DNA of 64,000 bases from Amphiscolops sp. MND2022 (taxonomy: Eukaryota): contig OZ076418.1 in assembly GCA_964187785.1 (NCBI GenBank), forward strand, positions 51,770,001-51,834,000, given 5' to 3'. Under the pieces are notes generated by a model that was given only the letters and a program-made list of their open reading frames with translations, was not told the DNA's origin and made no database searches. The translations under genes were made by a program, and so were the position numbers. Below, piece after piece: positions 1 through 12,656 of the stretch; the stretch's first letter is position 1, and each line of letters opens with the position of its first letter.

Positions 1-1374
1 TCTGATAGTAATCAAAGGGACCTCATCAAATAGGTTCGAAGAAATTCAGAAAACAAGTCTCGTAGTGCCAAAAAAAACTTGAAATTGGACCTTTTAGTCT
101 TTGCTGTACATTCTTTGGAAGCATACAAAGTTTTGATTTAGGAGTGGCTCCCGTGTACACACAGAGTTACTGCTACTATCAACGGAAACCACTGTAGGTA
201 CCGGGAGAGCTATTGTCAAAAGGGAAAAAAGATTTTTTAATGCCCCGCCTGCAGCTAAGAAAACGAAACAAAAAGAGAATTGCGTATCGCTTTACTAGAG
301 GAATCTGTAGGGCAGGAGCCCATCGCCACAAGTCCATTTTTCCTCCCGAGGATGAAAACGACCCGTCAGGGAGGAGGTCTCGTTCGCTAGAATACACGCC
401 GCCAACCTGTCAGAGTCTGTTGCTGCTAATTATAACGGGCATTTTCCTTTTTTTTCCTGAAGAGCACCGGTTAGTTAGCCTTTGAAAACTGGTGGTTATA
501 TCTAGTGATTTTTTTTCGCAGGTACAAGAAGAGTAGCTCACGATCTGAGTCATAATAAAATATTGTACAGCAACATTTTGGCAATAAAAAACAAGAAGGG
601 GCTACAGGCACCGTGCGCATGAATTAAATCACTAGACACATAATTAAGAGTTCATTACTCAAGGTAGCAACATGCGAAAAGTATGTCTTTATTCCGTCTT
701 GGCGCTCTTGGCGCTCTTTGCGCTCGCTAATTGGGTCTCCAGCTCTTTGCAAAGTGTTCTTCTGCATTCGCTTTTTGCGAGATGCGTTCAACTTTTTGAA
801 GGGATTACATTCAAAGAAAAAAATGTATCACAATAAAAAGAAAGCTGCCCGAGAATGGGAAAATGAGTAAGGAATTTTGATTGACACGAACTTGCATTTT
901 TTGGTCGTTCGCAGACTTCTTTTATGTCGATATTTCATATGGTAACAGCAGGCTGTGAATACTTATTTAAAAGTTAGATCTTTTCAATAACCAGGCAAAT
1001 GGTGTTACTGTTTTGAATGAAAGTTAGCCGGAAAGTTAGCCTTTTGAAATTTTCTGTCCATATTCGCAGGCTTTTTGAGCTAGCAAACAATCAAAACTCT
1101 TCTGATTAAAACATATCTCTTGAATGAACCTCAATATCGGTCATTGACCCTAAAAAGAAGTACATTATACCAATTTGTGTTTCAAAAAATCCAAGATCTT
1201 TATTATGACTTGTAACATCCAATACATTAAAACAACGACAGACAAAAAAATTTTGGTTTGGTGAATTGCCAAATACCTGAAATCAAGTTTAATATTATTC
1301 AAGGTTTGTTTGTTTTTTCTATTTTGTCTTGTCAACCATGATTAATCTATGTGATACCCCCTCACGACGTATAG

Positions 1375-4300
1375 GGCCCAAAATTGCAGACGATGTTGTG
1401 TCGGGGTCCCTTGGGCGACTGCGATTGGTGTGCTTTTGCTCATCGTGGCTTCTATCACGGGTCATATTTTCATAATCAGGGCTCATCGATACACAGTCAT
1501 CAATTTCGGCAAGGTAAGCAACACCTTTTTCTAATCCTTCCAAGTTTTTTTCCTAATTTCCTAATCCTACAACCTCATATCCCCCCAATACACTTTCAGA
1601 GAAAAAAAAACAACAGAAGGAATATATTTGGCTATATCGTTTAATATTTCTTCAGATAAATATTTTCCTTTGTTTTGCTGTCTCCACGTAGACTCACACA
1701 AGTGACTGTCAACCATACTTCTATGTGTTACCCGTGGGGGGGGGGGGGTTGGTGTAGGATTTTAAGAAAAAGTCCCCACTTGACAATTCGGAGTAGGGGT
1801 AGTTGAGTTTCACCCAAACTTGGGTTTGAAAATGAATGAATGAAGTAATTAATGCATGAGTGCATGCTTTGCAAGCATGTTGCAAGATAGATTTTCAAAG
1901 TTTTCAATGATTTTTAAAAGTTTTCCAAAGTCTCTGTGGGAATTTGATCAAATCAGACCCAAGGCAATTTGACATCTTCAAAGTTGAATGTGATGTCAAA
2001 CAATTTGGTATAGGTCAGAATGTTGCCTTGAATGCTGATGCCATATTATGTCAACCAATTGTCAGCTTCCGTTACTCAATCTAGACACCAGTTGCGTTTT
2101 CAGGAGTCGGAAAAAGAAGTTTCGACTACTTATTGAATCGTCTGTTTTCTCTCGATATTTTAATGAAAATATCAAATTTTTCAAAAACAGTCCATACGAT
2201 TTCCATAAGGGCGTTTCTGTGTGTGCAATGGAATCAAAATCGTATAACTGGAATCTGAGGAACATATTCAAAAATAGTCCCAAAAATGAACAAAAAACGG
2301 CCATTTTTGGACATTTTTCGTTTTTCTCAAAAGCTCTAAAACGATTTGAAAGAACTTTTATGGAGTCTTTCTACACCATATAAGGGCTTAATATGTGCAA
2401 TTTGATCAAAATCGTATTGCTGGGATGTGAGAAACAGCCATAACTATCCCAAAAATGGCCAAAAAACAGCCATTTTGCGACTTTTTTCGATTTTCGCTAA
2501 AACTGTCCATACGATTCGAAAGAAATTTTGTACGTCATTCTACATTATATTAGGGCCCTATGTGTGGCATCAAATTCGTATGACAGGGATTCGTGCGAGT
2601 CAGAAGGGAAAAGTCCTAATCCTACTTTTTTATCGCACATGCGGCTGCGGTTTATTTGATACAATTTATTGACAAAGCATTTCAGCATTAAAATGAACGC
2701 TCTCACGCATGTTGTAAATCCTGATGTTTTTTTTCAGAATGTGAGTGCTTTGATGTCAGAGGAAAGCAAGGCTGAACTCAAAATCTTTTCCGACCTTCTG
2801 GGCAGCATTAACACAATGGTGCAGGTAACAGGGCTCCGGAAATGTTTTTAAAAGGACTGATCTTGCTTTTTTTCAATGTCGGTTTCGTTCTGTAACGGAA
2901 CCCATATAAGTTTTAAAACAAACGATTCGACAATCGTTCAAATTTCAAAGTAATAACTAGAGAAGTCCAAGGATTGCTAAATTTCGTTTTTGCCCCTAGA
3001 AAAAGAATTGCGAAATTGATTTTTGGAGGAGCAATTTTTTTCCATTTTTGAGAAATTCAAATTGGTTTATCAATTCATTACAGACAAAATAAGGGGTCAA
3101 TTTCAAAAATTCCTGGCTTGTTCGTGTTGATTCTTGGGTAATTTTTCGTGAACTTTTCAACTCAAATTTCTGTATTTCTATTCAGAAATAGCATCAATAA
3201 AGTTACTGTACGGTAGCTGTTCGTATAACCGAACGAGCTTCAAGAAAAAGGAAATTACAGCTGATCTCAAATCTGATTGGATGACGAAGTTATCAAAATA
3301 CCACCTTGACTTTCATTTACTCTGAGTGGTTGTATAGTTTAATGATAGTTTCATCATTCGAAGCTCACTGTCGAATGGAGCGACCAATCACAATTAAGAA
3401 TTCAATTCGGTTCTGCTATCAATTTATTCTTCATTATCGCCGTTCGGCTATACAACCTAACACCACTGAGGACAAGTATTGTTGAAAACAGCTTTTTTCT
3501 TCAATTCTTTCCGGTGTCCTTAGGCAGCGTTCTGTCTGGCATATATCATCTCTCCCGCCACCCTGATTGTAGCTATCCTTTCATCTGGACATACCAGGTC
3601 TGGGACTCCGAACAAATATTGTTTATAGAAAGAATTGTCATAAATTATTCATCTTTCATCATGAAAAAAAGTTATTGGATCATGTCATCTATTCCCCCCC
3701 CCAAACTGCGGCGGGGGGAAAACAGAAGGTTCAAATACCATTATGTCGACATCGTTTGCGTTGAAATTTTAATCCACTAAAATAATTGATGTCGACATAA
3801 TACTATCAATTACATTGACTGTCAGTTAAAGGTTGCTCATTAGATTTCATAGCGGACAAAATTTGCGCCAAATAGGGGCCTTTTTATACGATTTTAGCTT
3901 ATTGCAAACGTGAATTGCTGCTATTTTGGACAAAAATATCAAAAAATTATGTATTTTTTGCCTGAAGTGTCCAAACAGTTGTGGAGACAATCCTCTAAGT
4001 ATTCACATTCATATGATATTCTCTTATTAGCGAAATGTTTTTATTCAGAAAATGTGCTTTCGTGTTGGGGGGGGGGTATTGGGGATATTCCTAACAAGGT
4101 GTACCTGGGGGGGGGGAATAGATGACATGGTCCAAGATATTCATTTTAGTTAAAGTTTAGGGACATATTTCATTTCACATGCTTGAAATAGTTTACAATA
4201 ATATTCGCGCCAAGACAGGTGGAAAGCATTTAACAGGCGCGATGAAAAGCTCTTTTTGTCCTGTAAACATTTATTTAGCAACGCCAAGCTCAATATTGGG

Positions 4301-7011
4301 TAGTCAAGGCACAATCAACACCAATGCACCTGAAAGTTTAATTGTTTTTGACGATCAATAAAAAATTCTTCGACGCCAAATTGACTTCCAGTGTAATCTA
4401 AGTTCAAGTTTCAAATTGTTTTGGAAGTTTACCATTTTTTACATTTAAAAATTTAGGGAAAGATTCGATGAATTTATGTTCATAAAATGCCATTATTTTA
4501 ACGGAGTCTCTGTACCAGGTTGGTTTTCGGCAAACACATGAGGGGGGCCAAAGCGGCTCTCACTCTCCTCATTTGCATGCAAATCATTCTGTTCCTGCTC
4601 TACACGACTTTCGTGGTGGCCGAAGCGTGCATGGGAGTTCACGTTGGTAAACACTTGTCAACGGTAGTAAAAAATAGGTGGATCTCTTTCACTATGTCCC
4701 CCCCTATATCACTCGTTACACTATGTCCCTTAGAGAAAAAGAATTGTGGCTCATTTATATTTATCTCCTATTGGCTAATCTCACATGCTATTCTGTCAAT
4801 CAATTGATCTCGTCATAACTAACGACGACACTTTTTATTGGTTCTCATTATCAAAATCCCCACTCAGCCACTCAGAAGCGTTGCTAGATAAGAGCAGATC
4901 TGCGCTGTTAGAATGTGCAATACATGTATTTAATAGCGTTTCACTATGTCCCCCTGTTTTGCTCTAGGGGGGAGGATATAGTGAAAGAGATCAAAATAGG
5001 TCGATGAAGTGTTTGAGAGAAAGCCAAAAAACATGGAAAATGTTTAGAATGGAGAGCAATTTGGACCCATGTAGAAATGAGTACCCGGGTTGACCCTCCA
5101 TGAATACTTTAGTAAGATCTATGCAAATCCGTTGCAAGATCTTTGGACAATCGTGGCTAAGATGTTGCTAAGACTTTCCCATGGCGAGATCATATTAAAA
5201 CAGAACTTTTTTCCAGGAAAATCCTATTTGGAAGTCCAAGATGGCAAATAAGTTTGCCGAGGACTTCATGATAACATGGTTGCCAAGATGTAGTAAGACT
5301 TCGGAAAAATCTTGCCATGGGTGCCAAGATGCTTGTAAGAGGGTAAACCAAGATATTTTCAGAGACAATGACTAAAAAGTTCATCTGGTGAACTTTGACA
5401 CCAACTTAACGCAATAAGTGCCTGTAACAAATATCCTTGCAAGATAAGTGGTCTTGACAAGATTTTGCGGAAAATGCTCGACTTTTGCACAGCCAAGGCT
5501 GTGAAGATTCAACGAGAAGGTTGAATGTAACTAGAGAACAAAATGTTTTTTTTTCTAACGAGAGATAAGAAACAAGACGCCCGCTATGCACCGGTATATT
5601 TTCCGCCTTCAATTGGCTAACAATAGACACTTAATCGGTGTCTTTACCTGCTTGGCAAAACGCAATTTACTTCGGTCAAAAATCGGATAAAGCGCAATTG
5701 TTTCGAACCTCCGCTTTCTCCGTAGTAAAACACAATTAACTTCGGTTATAACGTCAAAAGTTTGTTTATAGCGTGGCTGGGTCAAATGGGAACGCTTGTT
5801 TTCGAAGCTCTGCTTCCTCCTGAGCAAAACGCAATATTAAATAATTAAATGGAGTAAAAAGTGGAGATTTGGCAGATATTCGAAAAAAAACGCAACACAG
5901 AATATAATTTTCCTCCCCCCTACACAAGAAATCGTGGGGGCGGAAAATAACAACGGGTCACATAAATCAAATAGCTAAGCGTTGACGAAGCGAAAAATTT
6001 GATGCAACTTTTCAGTTGATATCAAAACTAAGCAAAGTGACAGAATAGCAATTGAGTTAGAATAGGTTAGGCTATCGTGATAGACATGGTTTGGGATTGT
6101 GAGATGAAGCTCTTTGTTCTAGAACGAGGCCATTCCCTATAAAAAACTTTCTTTTTAAAGGTTGTTTGGCTACTTCGAACCCACGGCCTCATGTTTGCCC
6201 GTCTAACGCTCAAAGCGCTAGGCCATCGGGCTTTATATCTGTGACAGTTTAGTTTAACTCATAGAAGTTACGGAAATAACTTAATAAGAGTCTTGCTTTT
6301 TTTCAAAATGCGCCGCCTGAAAATGCAGTTTATCCAAAATTTTAACCTTTTTAATGGCGGCGGAAACTTTTAAATCACCATATTGAAACCCATTCCATTC
6401 ATATATGCATAACTAGTTTTCAATTTTAGAGGCATTTTAGTCGATAGTTTTTACTATTTCCGAACTTTTTCCAAACACCTGAGATTTGCCAGCACCTTGA
6501 AACACCATAGGAGAATTATCGCAGTGTCACTGCGCTTCTTGTTGAAATTTCAGTCTCAATGAAAGTTGACAAGCGTTGCATAGGGTTGTTCTACGCGATG
6601 GAAGCAGCTTGTATGTATAGCCGGGACTCTTTAGAAGACGTTAGCAGAAACCCTATGGTCAAAGAGCTTCTGGATAAGTATACAAAACTAGCCAGAATTG
6701 TGGCGGCGATAACCGACAAGAAAAGTCCTCTGCCGGAACTGAAAAGTGACTGTATAGCCGGGGTTTTATGCATAGACATCAAAGATCTGGAACTCGTATG
6801 CAATAACTTTATGAACGGAGCCAGTGTTTCCGTATATCTGGCAGTTTGCGTCATCATCTGTATGCTGGGTCTGGCTATAATTCTGGCAGCTTCCGGCTCT
6901 AATTTTGTCTGGCTTATTGAAGTGGAAAAAGAGTTTTACTTCCACCAGGCACGGAAAAAGTTCGAAGCCGATTTGGAAAGATCAGGATATTTGCACAATG
7001 CTAGAAAATGA
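1375..7011 (+). CDS. Proteolipid protein (PLP/DM20/M6)-family tetraspan membrane protein, spliced; 5' start not located
   Basis: Phase-compatible GT-AG exons: 1375-1513, 2738-2824, 3524-3597, 4519-4646 (alternative donor after 4663), 6554-7011 (alternative acceptor before 6511). The joined protein has CRRCCVGVPWATAIGVLLL (cf. PLP CARCLVGAPFASLV), LSSGHTRLVFG (cf. M6 TTGATR..G), LCIDIKDL, and a last helix ending LAASGSNFVWL (cf. PLP MIAATYNFAVL). Four hydrophobic helices. AATAAA at 7050-7055. Confidence 0.75.
2130..2600. repeat. Degenerate ~150-170 bp tandem repeat (about 3 units), intronic
   Basis: Recurring blocks CCCAAAAATG (~2280, ~2448), CAAAATCGTAT (~2236, ~2408) and GTCCATACGATT (~2190, ~2505). 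Confidence 0.5.
4680..4992. mobile_element. MITE with ~24-bp terminal inverted repeats and 9-bp TSD (Mutator-like)
   Basis: Left end GATCTCTTTCACTATGTCCCCCCT; right end GGGGAGGATATAGTGAAAGAGATC. Direct repeat AAAATAGGT at 4671-4679 and 4993-5001. Confidence 0.6.
5100..5470. repeat. Degenerate short-period satellite (CCAAGAT/CTTGCAAG-type)
   Basis: Repeated CCAAGAT/GCAAGAT/TCTTG motifs. A similar array lies at ~44570-44860. Confidence 0.45.
5570..5953 (-). mobile_element. Helentron-like non-autonomous element, copy 1
   Basis: Subterminal inverted repeats TATTTTCCGC (5597-5606) and GCGGAAAATA (5940-5949), a GC hairpin and an AAACAAGACGC end. Ends shared with 7792-8090 and 47695-48042. Confidence 0.55.
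6165..6232 (-). repeat. tRNA-derived fragment (SINE-head-like)
   Basis: Minus strand carries an A-box-like TGGCCTAGCG and a B-box-like GGGTTCGAAG. No complete cloverleaf. Confidence 0.4.
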
Positions 7012-7049
7012 AGTGTGTATATTTAACCGAAGCAGTATTTATGCTGAAC

Positions 7050-7055
7050 AATAAA
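7050..7055 (+). promoter_or_regulatory. Polyadenylation signal of the PLP/M6-like gene
   Basis: AATAAA about 40 nt after the TGA stop at 7009-7011. Confidence 0.55.
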
Positions 7056-7791
7056 GGAACAAAACTTTCTAACAGAATTGAACAATTTTTCAAACAAAAA
7101 ACACCTAAAAAATTTTCTAATTTTGGCATATAATTAGTAAATTATGACCATTTTGAAAAATGAATCTTTTCAAATTGTTTTTATAATTCGCTTTTATTGA
7201 GAATGAATTCCTGAACAAACCAAAATCGAGGCCAAGTTAACCAAGTTAAAATCTACAATACACCACACAGCAACCATTGAAACTTCAATTTTTTCAAAAC
7301 AGACTTTTTTCATAATGATGTTTGGTTTCGTTTTGTGTGTCGACGCAATTATTGTTACTTTATTGCTCAATATGAATCTTTGTCACCAATTTCCTTATGT
7401 CGCCATTACTTGGTTTCTATACTTGTTGGTTAAACAATCGATTACTCACAATGTCAACTTGGGAACACATTTTTGTTGCTTTCACAACATAGATTATATT
7501 CAAAAGCGAACAAAATTCCCCAAATGCCGCCTTTTAAAAAATTCAGTTTTCCGTAAACTACTGGAACAAGGTTTGCGACACATGAATGAGAAGCCAATTG
7601 AAATCTAGAAACAATAAATTCACAAAGCTGATTCGACACAACTTTTCAATGAAATATAATGAGTTGATTTTTTCACTATTTCCCAAATTTTGCTTTCTGA
7701 AATAAATTTAAGTTTGATTCGACATCATGTTTTCGATTTCGCCGATACAAGTTGGACCCAATTCGTTTACCATTGAAAAACAGTTTAGAAT

Positions 7792-8090
7792 AAACAAGAC
7801 GCCCGCTAAGCAACGGGATATTTTCCGCTAAAAATGTAACAGATCAGCCCGGGTTCGAACCCACGACCTCCTGTCTGCCAGGCAGTCGCACTACCAACCA
7901 TGGCGGAGATTTGGCAAGTGGACTTCAAGTGACTAAAATAATCAAGTAACTATATAAAATGGTCAAGTAGTGGATGAACTATAAGTGAAGTCGATGGAGG
8001 AACTGGGAGGAGATTTGACAGAATTTGGAAAAAAAACGCAACACAGATGATGATTCCCCTCCCCCATTATATGTGGCGGAAAATAATAAA
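7792..8090 (-). mobile_element. Helentron-like non-autonomous element, copy 2, containing a tRNA-like segment (~7845-7905)
   Basis: Subterminal IRs at 7819-7828 and 8076-8085; hairpin CCCGCTAAGCAACGGG; internal B-box GGGTTCGAACCC. Confidence 0.6.
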
Positions 8091-8394
8091 ATGAGGGCAT
8101 ATGAACATCTGAAATGAGAGAGAAGATGAATTGAAGATTACGCTTAAGTTAACAAGTACTCGAAGGGCCCAAATGGTTTCCCTTTTCAATATTTCGCAAT
8201 TTACTTCGATAGAAAAGCTGCATGAGACCGAGCAGTTTGAAAAAAAATGAAATTTTGTGTACAAAAGGTTACCTCTTTGGATTTTTATAGCACGACGATA
8301 TCATCGTTTTGTTTCAAGAAAAATAGCTTCTTTCTGAAGTATGAAAAACAATCCGATGTTTGTAATAAAGATCTGAGGTTTTTCAACGTACCGT

Positions 8395-8600
8395 TACAAG
8401 ATACCAGTACATACCATTACATACCATTACATACCATTACATTCCATTACATAAAGCCATATCCTTACATCCTATTTCATACCATTACAAGATACCATTA
8501 CATACCATTACAAGACACCAATACAGACCATTACAGACCACTACATGCCATTACAAGACACTATTACATACCATTACATACCATTACACACCATTACACG
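8395..8600. repeat. 10-bp minisatellite (CCATTACATA)n
   Basis: Tandem CCATTACATA/CCATTACAAG units. Confidence 0.9.
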
Positions 8601-8730
8601 ACACCAATGCTCCTAATTGATTACCAGCCAATAAATGACAGGCTCAAAGACTTTGATTGCTTCCGAGCATTCGTATTAGATGATACAAAAGCGCTTACCG
8701 ACTGAAGTCTCCTATTGTCCCAAACGTGTA

Positions 8731-9145
8731 CGGACAAAAGCGCCCCAGACAAAAGCGCCCATCTTACACAGTCATAAGCGCCCCAGTTAAAAGCGCCCGT
8801 TTTACCCAGTCGTAAGCGCCCCAGTTAAAAGCGCCCGTTTCACACAGTCATAAGCGCCCCAGTTAAAAGCGCCCCTTTTACATAGTCATAAGCGCGCCAG
8901 TTAAAAGCGCCCATCATACACAGTCATAAGCGCCCCAGTTAAAAGCGCCCGTTTTACGCAGTCATAAGCGTCCCAGTTAAAAGCGCCCGTTTCACAGAGT
9001 CATAAGCGCCCCAATTAAAAGCGCCCATCTTACACAGTCATAAGCGCCCCAGACAAAAGCGCCCGTTTTACAGAGTCATAAGCGCCCCAGTTAAAAGCGC
9101 CCGTTTTACACAGTCATAAGCGCCCCAGTCAAAAGGGCCCCAATA
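8731..9145. repeat. 38-bp tandem array (CAGTCATAAGCGCCCCAGTTAAAAGCGCCCGTTTTACA), about 10-11 copies
   Basis: Unit starts at 8769 and 8807 and continues. Units are contiguous with no unique spacers. Confidence 0.92.
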
Positions 9146-9495
9146 CAAAACGTCTGACTAATTTTTGAGTTGATTTCACCGCCTCTAATTAAGTCTTTTT
9201 GAAGAATGTTCAAAGACAAGGTTAACTCACTTGTAATGTCATATTTGAATTTTTGACTCATCAAATATCGTTTGAAAACGCCTTAAACTGCTAATTTTGA
9301 CAATTCTGAACGAACTATATCAATTTATCAATGAATCAATTTGTCAATACACTGGTTTGAGATGAAATACTGATAATTATTTAATTGGAGTGAGGAACTT
9401 AAAATTGGTGGTGGAAGAGAGACAGCAAATGCGTTTTAGTCTTCGATTGCGGCGCTTATGACTGGGGTGGTTTTGTCTGGGGCGGTTTAGCCTGG
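8731..9495. mobile_element. Probable TA-flanked TIR/foldback-type non-autonomous element with an expanded left subterminal array
   Basis: Inverted copy of the array unit and terminus at 9451-9495 (GGCGCTTATGACTGGGG...TTTGTCTGGGGCGG). TA at 8729-8730 and 9496-9497. Confidence 0.45.
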
Positions 9496-9979
9496 TAAGC
9501 GCCAGGAAAACCAATAGATTGAATTCAATCTCCAAAATCATCAATTTATTCTTTCAAATCAGTTCGTACCCACTTCCTCAAAAAACATCATGATAAAGAC
9601 AGCATCCGTATAAATCATAGTCACCATTAACCAATAACCATTGAAACATGCAAGATGCCGCCAAAAGAACAAACATTTATCCGTAAGGATCTTTAGCAGT
9701 AACGGTACATACTTATCTCCACCCAGTGCACAAATACTATTTGAACCAGAAAAACTGAACGCATAAATTTTTTGAGCCCTCAAAGCGTCAAATATTTGTC
9801 GAACTTTTCAAAACAACTTTGAACACAAAAATTCAGCTTGCCAATCATTCAATTTGACATTTGTTTTACACATTCGAGTTTCAAAGAATTTTCGCACATC
9901 AGAAGTGCGAACAAAATGACTGTTAAAGATGTTCAGACTTTCTCGGAAGGTTTAAACCATGCTTTGTTCAAGATGTGAT

Positions 9980-11441
9980 TGTAAGAACCACAACAAATCT
10001 CCTACCGACCTTGAGTCCTTTTTAGCGATCTTCGTTTTGGGCCCAGATGCGTTTTCCCTGTTTTCCTGACTATTGGGGGACATACTGTCCTCAGTGTCCC
10101 TGTGAACTGCGGACGACATTGAATTTGCTATATTTTGAATCTCCGGGATGACTCTTTCAGCTATAGCTGTAGTAATAGCCCTGTTTATCTAACTATGCAT
10201 CATGGACATCATTGAGTCCATTTCTTGGGATAGCCTAAGATTAAATTCAATTGAGAGGACCTCAAGGGACTGTCTAACATCGTTTTGCCTCACAGAGTCA
10301 TTTTCATATGTCAAATTACCGTACTCATTACTATGTTACGCATTTGTATTCGCGTCCTCGTGGACCGATGATTGCTCTATCGCATCGGCTAATTCTCTTT
10401 CAATGGGATTGTTAATATCATTTCCCAACATTACGTCTAAGTTATCATAGTCGGACATCATGTCCATTTCCCTAGATTTTCTGGCTTTTGCCTTTTGTTT
10501 TCTTGTTGAAGGCATAAGAAATTGTTACAAGATAAAGATGTAAAGTATCTTTGGCTTCCAAATTTAGTGTGATATTACTAAGCGATAGGTAACTTCAATA
10601 TGTAATATCTTCCAACCATTCTGTCCCCTGGACTAAATGTCCCAGCTATTTATATTAGATACCACATGACATTCAAAATATGGGTTGTCATATTCTAAAA
10701 ATAGCCTTAATGGCTTGGTAAAATAGCAACAGTTCCAAAAACTTCAAAGGGTCTTCCCGACAATCAGCGTGATGGCGGGAAGCCCGTGTGTCTACTAAAC
10801 AGATCAATAGCATACATGAACGAAAGCAAAATACATGCATTTCAACATTTTACATGTGATTCATCAATAGCACGCTACATTTCGTTAATATGCGGTCTTT
10901 TGACACTAAGTGTCCATTTTATGAAAGATGAAAGGCCTTTCCAAGTTCCAAGTAAATGTACTCTCTATTTAGCACCTTTAATTCAAAAGTGGACTCAGTG
11001 TCCAATCGACATGGCAGTCCTCATTTTATTTGTTGACAGGCGGCATATAGCTGTCTAGTCCGAAGATCAAAGCGCCGCATAAAGTAATAAATATTAGCAC
11101 TGGTTTTTCAAATACTCCATTGTGATAGGTTGAAGCTCATTCGGACTTGCTGTCCAAGGCGACAGGCGAGGGAACATTTGAACACGTTTTCTCTACCTGT
11201 ACGCCTTGGTGTCCAATTCACTAGCATCGTACAATTAGCGCTGGTATTACATAACACTAAATCATAACTTTAATTGATATCTTACATTCAAAATAAGTAA
11301 ATTACATGACTTCTAAAGTATAAATGCGGTTTAGTTTAAGAGTTTCAGAGTTTCAATTTAAAGGGATTGTGCTGGGTAGGGCGTTTTGATAGTCATGACA
11401 AATAGAGTACATGTTGCCATCACAGGCGGACGCCTGGGACA
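9980..11441 (-). repeat. 3' LTR of element A (1462 bp)
   Basis: Aligns with 23734-25002. PPT abuts it. TATAAATA on the minus strand at 10647-10654. Copy of the gag ATG at 10515. Confidence 0.92.
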
Positions 11442-12186
11442 CTCCCCCTGCGATTAGCATGAAGCTTCCCACCTTCATCCCTTCTAGGATCGCTAGTCTT
11501 CTGGCATTAAATTGCTCTGGAGATTCCCTCCGAACGGCCGTCTTGTGTAGGTAGTCAATCACTGTCTCGAATCTGTTCAACAGATTTTCCGCAAATGAGG
11601 CAGTCTGTGCAGCCCGTGATGTAAGGGTTGTCATCGCCGCTTGGTCCTTTAACGTGAATTCCACACGGGCATTGTTGCTTATTGCCCGTAGAAGATTCTG
11701 TAACCGCTCTCCAGTCGCCTGTTGGGTATTTGTCCACTGCGGGGGCGACATTGGTTTGTCCACCATTGGGATCAATTGGCTGCAAATGTTGATCGGGTGC
11801 TCGTTTCTAAGTCTTGAGTCTCTTGCAACTGGCCCTCTCCCCATCCCTAGGTCGAAATATCCAGCGTCGAACAGAGGTCCTGGGATGTATGAAAGCCTGG
11901 GGGTCCTTGCACAATTTTCCCCTTGTTGATTTGAGCAAGAGGGCACTGGGAAGCTCTCTGAGGCCGTCGGGAGTTTCATTTGCCTTTCTATGCATTCTGC
12001 TAGTAGGGCCACCACATCATCGTCGGACAAAGAGTCCAGGTCGTCTACCGAAGCGCTGCTCGCACATCCTATCTCATCGTCGCTGGATATATAAAGTATC
12101 CCGTCTCACGGGGCTGCTCCCTTAAAGTCTTCTGGGTAGTATTCAGGGGACTCCGAGTCAAAATGGCTTGATAGGAACTTGTCCAT
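11353..12186 (-). pseudogene. Accessory sense ORF ('ORF3') of element A, with one in-frame stop and two compensating frameshifts
   Basis: Homologous to 53841-54662: ILYISSDDE, CIERQ, GPVARD.R...HPINIC, GCTDCLICGKSV (in the shifted frame), GGVSQASACDGN...ALPSTIPLN. Confidence 0.8.
11442..11450 (-). promoter_or_regulatory. Polypurine tract of element A (CAGGGGGAG)
   Basis: Immediately precedes the 3' LTR TG on the minus strand. Identical to the PPT of element B. Confidence 0.8.
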
Positions 12187-12576
12187 AATTATTTTTTTTG
12201 CAATTTTTGAAGAAATTTACAAGTTTTAAGTTTTGATTTTGAGAAGCAACTGGTTGATGTGAATGATACTGAAACAATGGCTATTCTCCCTTCTGTCGAC
12301 TTGCGGGAGTTTATGTTTCAGTTTCCCGGGGTTTTGCGTTTCCCCCGAAGAAAAAAATTTCAATCACAAATTCCATCTTGGTAAGGTTTTTCAACTAGCC
12401 GCCTTGTCTTCTTTGATAGCGCCGATCACGGCCTTGTTGGCTTACATCAATTCTGTCAACACTTCCATTTTAAGAGTGTCGCTTCGAGTGTTTATTAACA
12501 CTCGTCTAGCACTTGAGGGTTTCAAGAGGGTGAAGCTATGGCAGTCAGCCACACTGTCCTACACCAATCTGATTAA

Positions 12577-12656
12577 CCAATAGGAAAACAGCATAATTTC
12601 TTCCAAGTTAAAACGGCTCCCCAAGGTTGTAAATCCATATAAGGAATAATATAAAA
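12577..12656 (+). promoter_or_regulatory. Candidate internal antisense promoter of element A (CCAAT + TATAAAA)
   Basis: CCAAT at 12577 and TATAAAA at 12650. The same 73-nt spacing occurs in element B. Confidence 0.45.

Noticed and set aside
179-485. Overlapping short ORFs at the window start
   Set aside because: No recognisable motif, and no exon chain could be built. It may be part of an upstream gene, but this is unsupported.
8247-8705. 152-aa ORF
   Set aside because: It stays open only because the 10-bp minisatellite lacks stops; the translation is repetitive and there is no other coding evidence.
8731-9145. CRISPR-like appearance of the 38-bp repeat array
   Set aside because: Units are directly contiguous with no unique spacers, there are no cas genes, and the context is eukaryotic.
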